Assembly: GCA_044237995.1 (NCBI GenBank)
Contig: JBIIED010000001.1
Location: forward strand, 2,252 to 66,251
Length of the DNA: 64,000 nucleotides
Source: Rubrivivax sp.
GTDB taxonomy: Bacteria > Pseudomonadota > Gammaproteobacteria > Burkholderiales > Burkholderiaceae_C
Direction of reading: 5' to 3'
A program made the translations under genes and the position numbers. Positions 8,592-20,500 of the stretch are shown one piece after another; positions within the stretch are counted from its first letter, which is position 1; the number at the start of each line of letters is the position of its first letter. The notes under the pieces were generated by a model that had not been told where the DNA came from, ran no database searches, and saw only the letters and a list, made by a program, of their open reading frames with translations.

Positions 8592-11500
8592 ATGCATGGT
8601 GTCCGCTCGCCGTCGAGAATCCGCGTCAAGTCGCCCTCTGAGCGGCAGGCCGCCTTTCGCCCGTTTGACCTGAGGCCCACGGCGCTCGCGCTGGCCGTGG
8701 CCGCGCTCGTGGCCGCCGCGCCCGTGCGCTCCAACCCCAGCGGCTCGCAGGTGGTGCAGGGGCAGGCCGCGCTGCGCCAGCAGGGCAGCACCCTCACCGT
8801 CACGACGAGCGACGGCACCATCATCAACTGGAAGCACTTCGGCATCGCCGCCGGCGAGACGACGCGCTTCGTGCAGCCCAGCGCAACGAGCCAGGTGCTC
8901 AACCGCGTCGTGGGGGGCGAGCCGAGCCAGATCCTGGGCGCGCTCGAGTCCAACGGCCGGGTCTTTCTCATCAACCCCAACGGCGTGGCCTTCGGCAAGG
9001 GCGCGCGCGTGGACGTGGCGGGCCTGGTGGTCTCCACGCTGAAGCTGTCCGATGCGGACTTCAACGCCGGGCGCATGGCCTTCGGCGAGCCTGGCGCGGG
9101 CGCGCAGGCTGGCGCCATCCGCAACGAAGGCCGCATCACCACGCCGCGCGGGGGCTACGTGTACCTCGTGGCGCCGCAGGTGGAAAACAGCGGCCTCATC
9201 CACACCCCCGAGGGCGAGGTGATCCTCGCGGCCGGCCACCGCGTGTCGCTCGTCAACCCGCGCACGCCCGAGGTGGCCTGGGAGGTCACTGCCCCGGACT
9301 CGCAGGCCATCAACCTGGGCGAGGTGGTGGCGCGGCGCATCGTGATGCAGGGCGCCAGCGTGCGCAACGCCGGCACCCTGCAGGCCACCACCGCCGTGCT
9401 GGGAGAAAACGGGCAGGTGCTGCTCAAGGCCGCGCGCAAGGTGGAGCAGACGCCCACCGGGCGCATCGTGGCGCAGGGCCTGAGCGAGACGGGGGTGCCA
9501 CGCGGCGGGCAGGTCGACATCTTCGGCGGCGAGCAGGCCGTGCTGCAGGGCCGCATCGACGTGACGCCCGGGCCAGCGCCCTCGCAGCCCCGGCCCCTGC
9601 CGGGCACGCCCCCGGGAGACCGGCTCGGCTCGGGCGTGCTCATGGTGGGTCCGGCTCCCACCGATACCAGCTCCAGCCGGCCGGCGCCGGTGGCCGCCAG
9701 CGTGTCCCGCGAAGGCGGGATCGGGCCCCGTGCCCCGGCCTTCGGCGGGCCTGCCGTGCTCGATGCCAACCGCAGCGCCATGGTGGCGCCTGCCGGCCGG
9801 CTGCAGGAGGTGACGCAAGCCGACCACATGGCTGCCTCGCCCGTGCCGAGCGGCCCGGCAGGTGTCGAGGTGCCGCTGCGCGCCCCGGCCGGCGCGGCGC
9901 CGAGAAGCCCCTCCGGCGAGGCCCCGGCCGCGCCGCTCCCGCCCGACGGACCCGTGCCCCTTCCTCCGCCGGGGCCGGACCCACACCACGTGCTGCCGCC
10001 CGGCACGCTGGGCACGGGCGGCCGGGTGCGCGTCTTCGCGCGCGACATCGTCCTCGGCGAGGGCCTGAGCATCGACGCCAGTGGCGCCGGCGGCGGGGGC
10101 ACCGTGCTGGTGGGGGGAGAGAAGCAGGGGGCGGTTGGCGGGGGGGCGACTGCGCAGATGGTGTTCATGCACCAGACGGCACGGATTGCAGCCGACGCAA
10201 CCGACGCGGGCCCCGGTGGATACGTGATCCTGTGGGCAGACCACAGCGCGCGGGTGCATGGGCGCATCCAGGCGCGCGGCGGCGCCAACGGGGGGGATGG
10301 GGGTTTCATCGAGACCTCGGGCAGGCGCTTCGTGGATGCCACCCAGGCTGCCGACGCATCGGCGCCGAAGGGGGAGCCAGGTACGTGGCTCCTGGACCCC
10401 GAAGACATCCTCATTGCCAGCAATGCGTCGCCCGGGCCAGTCGAGACCCTGATTCAGCCCTCGGTGATCGAAGCGGCCCTCAACAGCGGTACCAACTTCA
10501 CGGTGGTGACACAGGCCGAGAACCCGTTCATTCCAGGAATGGGCTCGGGATACATCAAGGTCAACTCTCCCATCACGAAGTCCGCAGGCTCGGTCGCCAC
10601 GCTGAAGCTACAGGCGATCGGGCAGATCTACCTCAACGCCGACATCAAGAGTACCGGTGGTGGTGGCCTGAACCTGACTCTGGTGCATGGAGCAAGCGAC
10701 CACACCACGTTCGAGAACCCAGTCTCGTTTTCCACAACGACAATCGATCTCGGAAGCGGCGTACTCACGGCGGCCGGCACGTTGCGCAGCGGCTTTGAGC
10801 GCAACGCCGTGATCCGAGGCGCTTCGCTGTCGATCGGAACCGTGCAAGGCTGGGCCTTCAACGGCGCGCTGGATCTGCAGGGGCCTTCAACCCTCACGGA
10901 ACTCAGCCTGACGAGTGGGAGCGTCTCGGTCAACGGCTCCGCCAGCATCGCCACGCTCTCGATCTCCGGCGGCACGCTGGGGGGTGTCGGTGCCGTGTCG
11001 GTCTCGGGCCCGCTGCTGTTCACGGGAGGCACGATCGACCGAACGGGTGCGACCCTGACGGTGGCAGGCACGGGCTCAGCCTGGTCGGCAGGCAAGTTGG
11101 CGGCCGGGACGTTGACGAATACGGGGACGCTGAGCATCACGGGCGTGGGCGACGCGGTCGCACACGGCAGCGCGGCAGTGTTGCGCAACGACGGCACCCT
11201 CAGATACGACAAGACGGCCGGAAACTGGTTCCTCGGGGGTGGAGCCACATTCGACAACCTGACGACTCGTGAGGTTCGTGTCGAGACCGGCCGGGCCATC
11301 AGGCACAGCGGAGGAGACCCCGCCGGCTTCAACAACAACGGCACGCTGGTCTCAAACACCAATTCTCAGAGCGTGCAGATCGATGCCGGCATTGCCTTTT
11401 CCAACCCAGGCCGGATCGACCTGCAGTCCGGCACGCTCACCATCACGGACTTCGCCAGCAACGCAGGCGCAGTTGCACTTTCTGCTGGCACAACCCTCAG

Positions 11501-14500
11501 GCGCCCGGGCGGGCTCAGCAGCGCCGGCGTCATCACCGGCGCGGGCACCGTCGACGTCGGTGCGGGCAACGCGCTCACGAATGACGGGACCTTGGACCCC
11601 GGCGGGGCCGGGCTGACCGACCGGCTCACGGTGGTGGGCAATGTCATCCTCGGCAGCACCGGCACCCTCGCCCTCGACATCCAGGACACCGTCCCAGGTG
11701 GCGGCTATGACCTCCTGGAGGCGACAGGCTCCGTGACGCTGGGCGGAACGCTCACCGGCAACCTCCTGAACGGCTACACCCCCAGCATCTCGACCAACTT
11801 CGACGCGGTGCAGGCCAGCCAGGGCATGAGCGGGCGCTTTGCCGCCACGACCCTGCCCACCGGTTTCAACGGCTCCGTCATCCCGGGCACGTCCACGAGC
11901 CAGTTCCGCCTGACCTTCAGCGGCCTGAACTGCGCCACCGGCACCCTGTGCTGGAGCGGCGGAGCCGGCACGGACACCTCCTGGAGCAACCCCCTGAACT
12001 GGGGCGACAGCGGCAACACCTCGGTGCCTGGTGCAGCGGGCGCCGAAGGGCTGAGTGCCGGCATGCTCGTGGGCGGGTCCGCCGTGGAACTCAATGGTGC
12101 CGGCTACTCGGTGCCTGGCCTGACGACGGTGCCCGGCACCCAGTTGAGGATCTCCAGCGGAACGCTGGAACTCTCCAGCCCGAGCACCACCTCGAATTCG
12201 CGGGGCACCCTCACCGTCGGCAGCGCGGGCTCGCTCGTGGTGATGGGCACGCTCGACGCCGCCTCGATCAACGTGCTGCAGGCTGGCCGGCTGACCGGCA
12301 CAGGGCGCGTCACCACGACCGAGGGCCTGTCCCTGGCGGGAGCACTGGAGGGCGTCACCCTGGGCGGCACCGGCACGCTGTCTGCAGCGGGTGGGACGCT
12401 CGTCAGCGGGCGGATCGAGAACCTGGTCGTGGCCGGAACGACGCTCAGGGCCACGGGCGGGACGCTGGACGCAGTGCGGCTGGATGCCGACCTGACGGTG
12501 GCCAGCGGGTACGACCTGACCGTCACCAACAGCCTGACCCTGGCCGGTGGCAGGACGCTCACGATCGGCGAAGTGGGCGGTGCATCGGCTGCCTCGCTGG
12601 TCTTCTGGGGGCCGTCGGGGCCCCCCTCCAACCAAAGCCTGACGACCGATGGCGCGGGTGCCCGCGTGGTGCTGAACCAGGGCAACCTCGGCAACGGGAT
12701 CCGCACCGCGGGCTCGACCGGTTCCCTGTCCATCGGCAGCGCCGTCGCAGGTTTCAAACCCACGCTCGAGTCGCAGGACGCCGCTGGCCGACTCGACGCC
12801 ACCGTCGACAACTACGGCACGATCACGGTCCCGGCGGGAGGCCGGATCTCCCACAGCGGAGCCTTCACCAACCGCGGGTCGATCACCCTGCAGGGCGGAT
12901 CGCTCGACTTCTTCACGCCCGCATCCGGGGCCGGCCGGTTCACGAACGAAAGCACCGGCACGCTCACGGCCACCTCCGGCAGCGACTTGCGCTTCGGGGG
13001 CGAAGTCCAGCTCGACAACGCGATCCAGATCGGGGAAGGCGCACTGGTCAGGCTGGCGGGAACGATCAGCACGGCCCAATTCACCAGGATCTGGAACCAG
13101 CCCTCCAACACCGTTCGGCTGAGCGGCACACTCGACAACACGGGTACGGTACTGACGATCGGAGCGGTGCCGTCGCCAGGCTGGACCACGGGCAACCTGG
13201 AGCTGGTCTCGGGCGGAGTACTCAGCAGCGGCGCGGTGAGCACGCTCGGCGGTGCGAGCCTGCTTGCCAGCGGTGGCACCCTCAGCGCAGTGCTGCTCAA
13301 CACCGACCTCACCGTGCCCAGCGGTGGCAGCCTCAACGTGGCTGGCGGACTCACACTGGGCGGCGGCAGGACCTTGACGCTGGACGGTGGGGCGTCCGGC
13401 ACCGCCACCTTGAACTTCGTGGGCGCGCAGGCGCAGGTGCTTGCGCTCGAAGCCGGGCAGGCCTCGGCTACCGTGGTGCTGAAGGCGGGTAGTGCCGTGT
13501 ACGGCCCGAGCAGCGAGACAGTCACGATCGGCAGCGGGATCACGCTTCGGGCGCAGGACGCCAATGCCCGGTTCGAGACCAACCTTCTCAACCAGGGCGC
13601 CTTGGAGATCATGCAGCCGAGCACGGGCCGGAGCAATGCGGTCTGGCATGGCGGCACCTTCCGCAACGAGGGGAGCCTCTCCCTCTTGAGCGGGGCGGCG
13701 CTCTCGCTGGGCAACATGTTGGCGGGCTACCCCGCGGGCCTGACCAACGCGGCCTCTGGCTGGATGCGCGCCTTCGGCGGCACGCTCACGGTCGCCGGCG
13801 ACATCACGCTCGACAGCCCGATCGAGATCGACTCCAACGTGCTGCTCGGGCTCAACGGCACGCTGAGCACCGCCACCTTCCTTCAGATTCAAAACAAGCC
13901 CGGCAACCGGGTTCAGCTCGGCGGAACGCTGACGAACACCGGTGCTGTGCTCGCGCTGGGTGGGGCAGATCCGCTGCGGAGCACGGGTGACCTCGAGCTT
14001 TCCACGAGCGGGCGGATCGTCGGGGGCGACATCTCGATGGCCAACGGCGCGCAGTTGCTTGCCGGCGGCGGCACGCTCGAGGGCGTGAGGCTCCTGTCGA
14101 ACGTCTCGGTGGTGGCTGGCACCCTGAACGTGGACGGGAACCTGACGCTGGGCGAAGGCGTGAAGCTCACGCTCGACGGCTTTGGCAGCACCAACCCGGG
14201 CTCGACCCTGAACTTCGTGAGCTCAGGCACGCTCAGCGGCGCCGGAGCGGGTGGGGCCAAGGTGGAGTTCGTCGGCGACAAGCCCACCACCCTTTCTGCG
14301 GCCCCCGGGCAGACGCTCACCATCGGCAGCGGGCTGTCCCTGCGCAGCCTGAGCAGCGTCGGGGCGCTCTCGGCCGATGTGGTGAACCAGGGCACGATCG
14401 AGGTCCGCGGAGCCACGAGCCGGCTCCTGCACCAGGGCACGCTGACCAACCAGGGCGTGATCGATCTCGCCCTGGGCGGCACCCTCTCGCTGGGTGTGTT

Positions 14501-17500
14501 CACCAACGCAGCTGCCGGCCTCATCCGTGGCACCGGCACGCTCGACGGCCCGGCGTGGACCAACAGCGGCAGGATCCAGCCCGGGGGCCTGGGAGCGCAG
14601 GGCACCCTCACCGTCAACTCGAACCTCACGCTGGGCGCCAGCAGTCTGGTGGACCTCGAGATCGCTGGCACCTTGAACGGCGAGTTCGATCGTCTGGCCG
14701 TCACCGGCAGCCTGATCCTCGGCGGCACGCTGAGCGCCCAGCTCGTCGCAGGCTATACGCCGCCAGATCTGGCCACCTTCGAGGTGCTCTCGGCCACGCA
14801 GTTCATCGCCGGCTCGCCCAGCGTCGAGGACCTGTCTTCAGGCTTGACGGGGACCAAGCTCGCGGGCCCGCCTGGGCGGTACGAGTTGATGTATTGCCCG
14901 GCCAATACCCGGTGCTGGGATGGTGGAGGCGGATCGAACGCCGACTGGACCTACGCGCTGAACTGGACTGGCGACCAGGTCCCCACCGATGCCGACGCGG
15001 CCCTGATCGGCGCGTCCGACGTCATCACCGTGAGCGGCAACGCGGACGCGCGCGCCCTCACGGTTTCGGGAAGCGGGCTGCGACTGGATGTCGGATCGAC
15101 CGGCCGCCTCAGCGTGGGGCTGCTCTCGGGAGGCACGGCAAACCTTGGCGCCAACGAGCTGGGCATCTCGGCCGGCGGCGCGGCGCGCTTCGGGGGCAGC
15201 TTCACCTCCACCGGACTCGTGGACCTCCAAGGCGGCTCGCTGAACTTCGCAGGCGTTGCCACCGTTGGCAGTCTGACCCTCGGCTCGGCGGGCACGCTGA
15301 CGGGCACGGGTAGCCTGACGGTGTCGCAGGCCTTCAGCCGCGTGGCCGGCTCGGTGGTGGGCAACGGTTTCACGGGGCTCGACCTCACGCAGGTCGCTGG
15401 CAATCTGCGCCCGGGTGTCTGGAGCGTGGCCGGACCGGTCACGCTCAGGACCGTTGACGGCGCCAGCACGCTCGACATCGATGGGGAGCTCAAGACCACT
15501 GGCGCATCGGGCAGCATCCGCATCAGCGCAGCGGGGCGGCTCGACATCGGGGCACCAGTGATTGCCTCCGGAGTGGTGCGTGCCGAGGCACTGTCCACCG
15601 CGCCCGGTCAGGGGCGCATCGGTATCGGCGCGTCGGGCTCCGTGAGCGCCGCCGGCAGCGGTGGCGAGGCTCTCGTCCTCGCAGCGGGAGACGGGTTCTA
15701 CAGCAACGGCTTGGCCTCGCTCTCTGCTCCCAATGGTCGGTGGCTCGTTCACGTTGCCGGCTATCCCGATTACCACGGTCGATTCGGTCTTGCCTATGGC
15801 TTCAAGCACTATGGCGTGGCCTACTCGGCGAGCGTGCCCTATGCCGGCCCCGGGCTGGGAAGTGGCTTCGTCTACGCGCAGGCGCCAGGGGCCTTGACGG
15901 TCTCGGTTGCCGGAAGCGCAAGCCGCGTGTACGACGGCGGGCTGGCTGCGCCGCTGGGCGGGCTGACCGCATCAGCCAACGGGGCCATCTTCACGGGCGA
16001 TGTGGTGACGCTCAAGCTGCTGTCTGGCCAGTACGCCAGCAAGGACGCGGGCGCCCAGGCCGTGACGCTGAGCGTGGATATCGACGCCGTGCGCGATGGC
16101 GCCGCGCGGGTCTACGGCTACTCGCTGGCGTCCTCGACGGCCACATTTGCCGGGGGCGAGATCACTCGCCGGCAGGTGAGCCTCGAAGCCTCGAAGGTCT
16201 ACGACGGCACGACCAGCCTGGCTGGTGCGGTGGCGATCGCCACCGGAGTGGGCAGCGAGACCCTGAGCTACTCAGGAGCGACGGCCAGCGACCCGCACGT
16301 GGCCACGCCTGGCAAGTTCATCAGCGCCATCACGCTGGGCGATGCAACCGATGGGTCGGGTGGTCTGGCGTCCAACTATCAGCTGCCCGTGCTCGGCTCA
16401 GCCACCGCAGCCGTGACGATCACACCCAGGGCGTTGACGGTGACCGGAAGCAGCGCGGCGGGAAAGACCTACGACGCCACCACGACCGCCGTGATCACGG
16501 TGGGTTCGCTCAGCGGCTTGGCGGGAACGGAGACCGTCACCGCGAGTGCCGTGGGCAACTTCGACGCAAAGGATGTCGGCACGCGCACCGCCACCGCCAC
16601 CTACTCGCTCTTCGACGGCTCCAATGGCGGGCGAGCGAGCAACTATTCCCTGGGGAGCACGAGCCACCTGGCGACGATCAGCCCCAAGCCGCTCGCAGTG
16701 AGTGGGCTGTCGAGTGTCGACAAGGTTTACGACGGCACGACGGCGGCATCCGTGACCGGCACAGCCGCGCTGCCGCAGCCCGTGACGCCCGGTACGCTCA
16801 CCGGCAGCGAAGGCCGGCCCTACACGGGAGACGCCGTCACGCTCGGTGGCACGGCGGTGGGCAGCTTCAACAGCAAGGACGTTGCCAGCGCCAACTCGGT
16901 GAGCTTCACGGGGCTGGGCCTTTCCGGCGCGCAGGCGGGCAATTACACGCTCCTGCCCCACGCCCCCGTGGCGCGGATCATCACGCCCAAGACGCTGAGC
17001 GTGTCGGGCGTGACGGCACAGGACAAGACCTACGACGGAACGACGTCGGCGGCTCTTTCGGGGGGTGGTCTCAGCGGCGTGGTGGGCAGCGACACCGTGA
17101 CCCTCGGAGCCGGCTCGGGAGTCTTCCTCGATCGCCATGCAGGCACGGCCAAGCCGGTGAGCGTCAGCGGCTACACGATCTCGGGCGCCGACGTGCGTAA
17201 CTACACCCTCGTGCAGCCAGCCGGTCTGACCGCCAGCATCACGCCGGCGCAGATCACGGCAGTCACGGGCATCACGGCGGGGAACAAGACCTACGACGGG
17301 GCCATGGCCGCAACGCTGAGCACAAATGCTGTGGGCTTCACGGGAATGGTCGCGGGAGACCAACTCTCCGTGGCCACGGCTACGGGAGCGTTTGCCGACA
17401 AGAACGCGGGTACAGGAAAGACCGTATCCATCACGGGCATCAGCCTCGGGGGCCAAGACGCAGGGAACTACACGCTGCAGTCGAGCACTGCCACTGCGCA

Positions 17501-20500
17501 GGCCAACATCACCCCGGCGCGGATCGCGGCCGTCACGGGCATCACGGCGGGGAACAAGACCTACGACGGGACGACGACTGCTGCGCTGAGCACGAACGCT
17601 GCAGGCTTCACGGGAATGGTCTCGGGAGACCAACTCTCGGTGGCTACGGCCACGGGAGCGTTTGCCGACAAGAACGCGGGCACAGGCAAGCCCGTATCCA
17701 TCACGGGCATCAGCCTCGGGGGCCAAGACGCAGGGAACTACACCCTCCAGTCGAGTACCGCCACTGCACAGGCCAACATCAGCCCGGCGCAGATCGCAGC
17801 AGTCACGGGCATCAACGCGGCCAACAAGACCTACGACGGCACAACGGCGGCTGCGCTGAGCACAAACGCCGCGGTCTTCACGGGAATGGTCTCGGGAGAC
17901 CAACTCTCCGTGGCGACGGCTTCGGGAGCGTTTGCTGACAAGAACGCCGGGACCGGCAAGACCGTCAGCGTCACCGGCATCTCGCTGGGGGGCCAGGACG
18001 CGGCGAACTACACGCTGCAGTCGAACATCGCCACTGCGCAGGCCGACATCGCCCCGGCACAGATCGCAGCAGTCACGGGCATCACCGCCACCAACAAGAC
18101 CTACGACGGCAGGACCATTGCCACGCTTTCGACCGGCGGCGCAGGGTTCACCGGGATGGTCCTCGGAGACCAGCTGTCGGTGTCCAGCGCCACGGGAGCG
18201 TTTGCTGACAAGAACGCTGGCACCGACAAGACCGTATCCATCACGGGCATCGTGCTGGGCGGCCAGGACGCGGGGAACTACACGCTGCAGTCGAGCATCG
18301 CCACTGCTCAGGCCAACATCGGCCCAGCGCAGATCACAGCGGTGACAGGCATCACCGCGGCAAACAAGACCTACGACGGCACGACGGCTGCCACACTTTC
18401 GACCAGCGGAGCGGGGTTCACCGGGATGGTCTCCGGAGACCAGCTCTCGGTGGCCTCTGCCGCGGGAGCGTTTGCCGACAAGAACGCCGGGTCCGGCAAG
18501 ATCGTCAGCGTCACGGGTATCACACTCGGTGGCCAGGACGCAGGGAACTACACGCTCCAGTCGGGTACCGCCACTGCACAGGCCAACATCAGCCCGGCGC
18601 AGATCGCTGCGGTCACGGGCATCACCGCCACCGACAAGACCTACGACGGGACGACGGCTGCTGCGCTGAGCACAAACGCTGCGGGCTTCACGGGAATGGT
18701 TGCCGGAGACCAACTCTCGGTGGCTACGGCCACGGGAGCGTTTGCCGACAAGAACGCCGGAGCAGGCAAGACCGTCAACGTCACGGGCATCAGCCTGGGC
18801 GGGCAGGACGCAGGGAACTACACGCTGCAGTCGAGCACCGCCACTGCGCAGGCCAATATCGGCTTGGCGCAGATCGCGGCGGTCACGGGCATCACGGCCG
18901 GGCACAAGACCTACGACGCGACGACGAACGCCACGCTTTCGACCGGCGGCGCAGGGTTCACGGGGATGGTCGCGGGCGACCAACTCTCGGTTGCCACAGC
19001 CACGGGCGCGTTTGCCGACAAGAACGCGGGCACAGGCAAGACCGTCGACGTCACGGGCATCAGCCTGGGTGGCCAGGACGCAGGGAACTACACGCTCCAA
19101 TCGAGCACCGCCACCGTGCAGGCCAACATCAGCCCGGCGCAGATCGCGGCAGTCACGGGCATCACTGCGGCCAACAAGACCTACGACGGCACAACGGCTG
19201 CCACGCTTTCGACTGGCGGCGCAGGGTTCACGGGAATGGTCTCCGGAGACCAGCTCTCGGTGGCAACGGCCACGGGCGCGTTTGCCGACAAGAACGCCGC
19301 CACAGGCAAGACCGTCAGCGTCACGGGCATCAGCCTGGGCGGCCAGGACGCAGGGAACTACACGCTCCAATCAAGCACCGCCGCCGCGCAGGCCAACATC
19401 AGCCCGGCGCAGATCGCGGCAGTCACAGGCATCACGGCGGGGAACAAGACCTACGACGGCACAACCGCTGCTGCGCTGAGCACACACGCCGCGGTCTTCG
19501 CGGGAATGGTCGCGGAAGACCAGCTCTCGGTGGCCACTGCTACGGGAGCGTTTGCCGACAAAAACGCCGGGACAGGGAAGACCGTCAACGTCACGGGCAT
19601 CAGCCTGGGTGGCCAGGACGCAGGGAACTACACGCTTCAGTCGAGCACCGCTACTGCGCAGGCCAATATCAGCCCGGCACAGATCGCGGCAGTCACGGGC
19701 ATCACTGCTGCCAACAAGACCTATGACGGCACAACCGCCGCTGCGCTGAGCACAGCTGCCGCGGGCTTCACGGGAATGGTCGCGGGCGATCAGCTCTCCG
19801 TGGCCACAGCCACGGGAGCGTTTGCCGACAAGAACGCAGGCACAGGCAAGACCGTCACCATCACCGGCATCAGCCTGGGCGGGCAGGACGCCAGAAACTA
19901 CACGCTCGCCAACTCCACCGCCACTACGCAAGCCTCGATCGATCCTCGTCTGCTCGCGATGGGGTCGCTGGTGGTGGCCGACAAGGTCTACGACGGGACC
20001 TCGGCGGCCACGGTGCGGGAAGCGCAGTTGCAGGGTGCGCTGTCGGGCGACTCGGTGACGGTGTCGGTGGCGTCCGCGCTGGCTGCCTTCTCGGATCGAA
20101 ACGCGGGCACGGACAAGGCCGTCAGCGTCAGCGGGCTTGGCCTGGCGGGCGCTGATGCCGGCAACTACCGGCTGGGGAGCCCCAGCGCCCAGGCCGTTGC
20201 CTCGATCACCAGCCGCAGCCTGGCCCTCGGCGCGCTGACGGTGGCCGACAAGGTCTACGACGGGACCACCACGGCCCGCGTGGCAAGCGGTGAACTGGAG
20301 GGGCTGATCGCGGGAGACCTCGTCTCGCTCGACCTCGCGCGCGCCGTCGCTGCCTTTGCCGACAAGAACGCCGGTGTCGACAAGAACGTGGCGGTGACAG
20401 CACTCTCGCTGGTTGGCGCCGACTCGGCCAACTACCGCCTGGGCGTGTCCTCCACGGCCGCGCGAGGCACGATCACGGTGCGCCCGCAGTCGACCTGGAC

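Noticed and set aside
17241-19940. Regular repeat array considered as CRISPR or a diversity-generating retroelement target
   Set aside because: Units are 270-bp in-frame coding repeats with no unique spacers, no cas or reverse transcriptase gene is present, and variation is not adenine-specific
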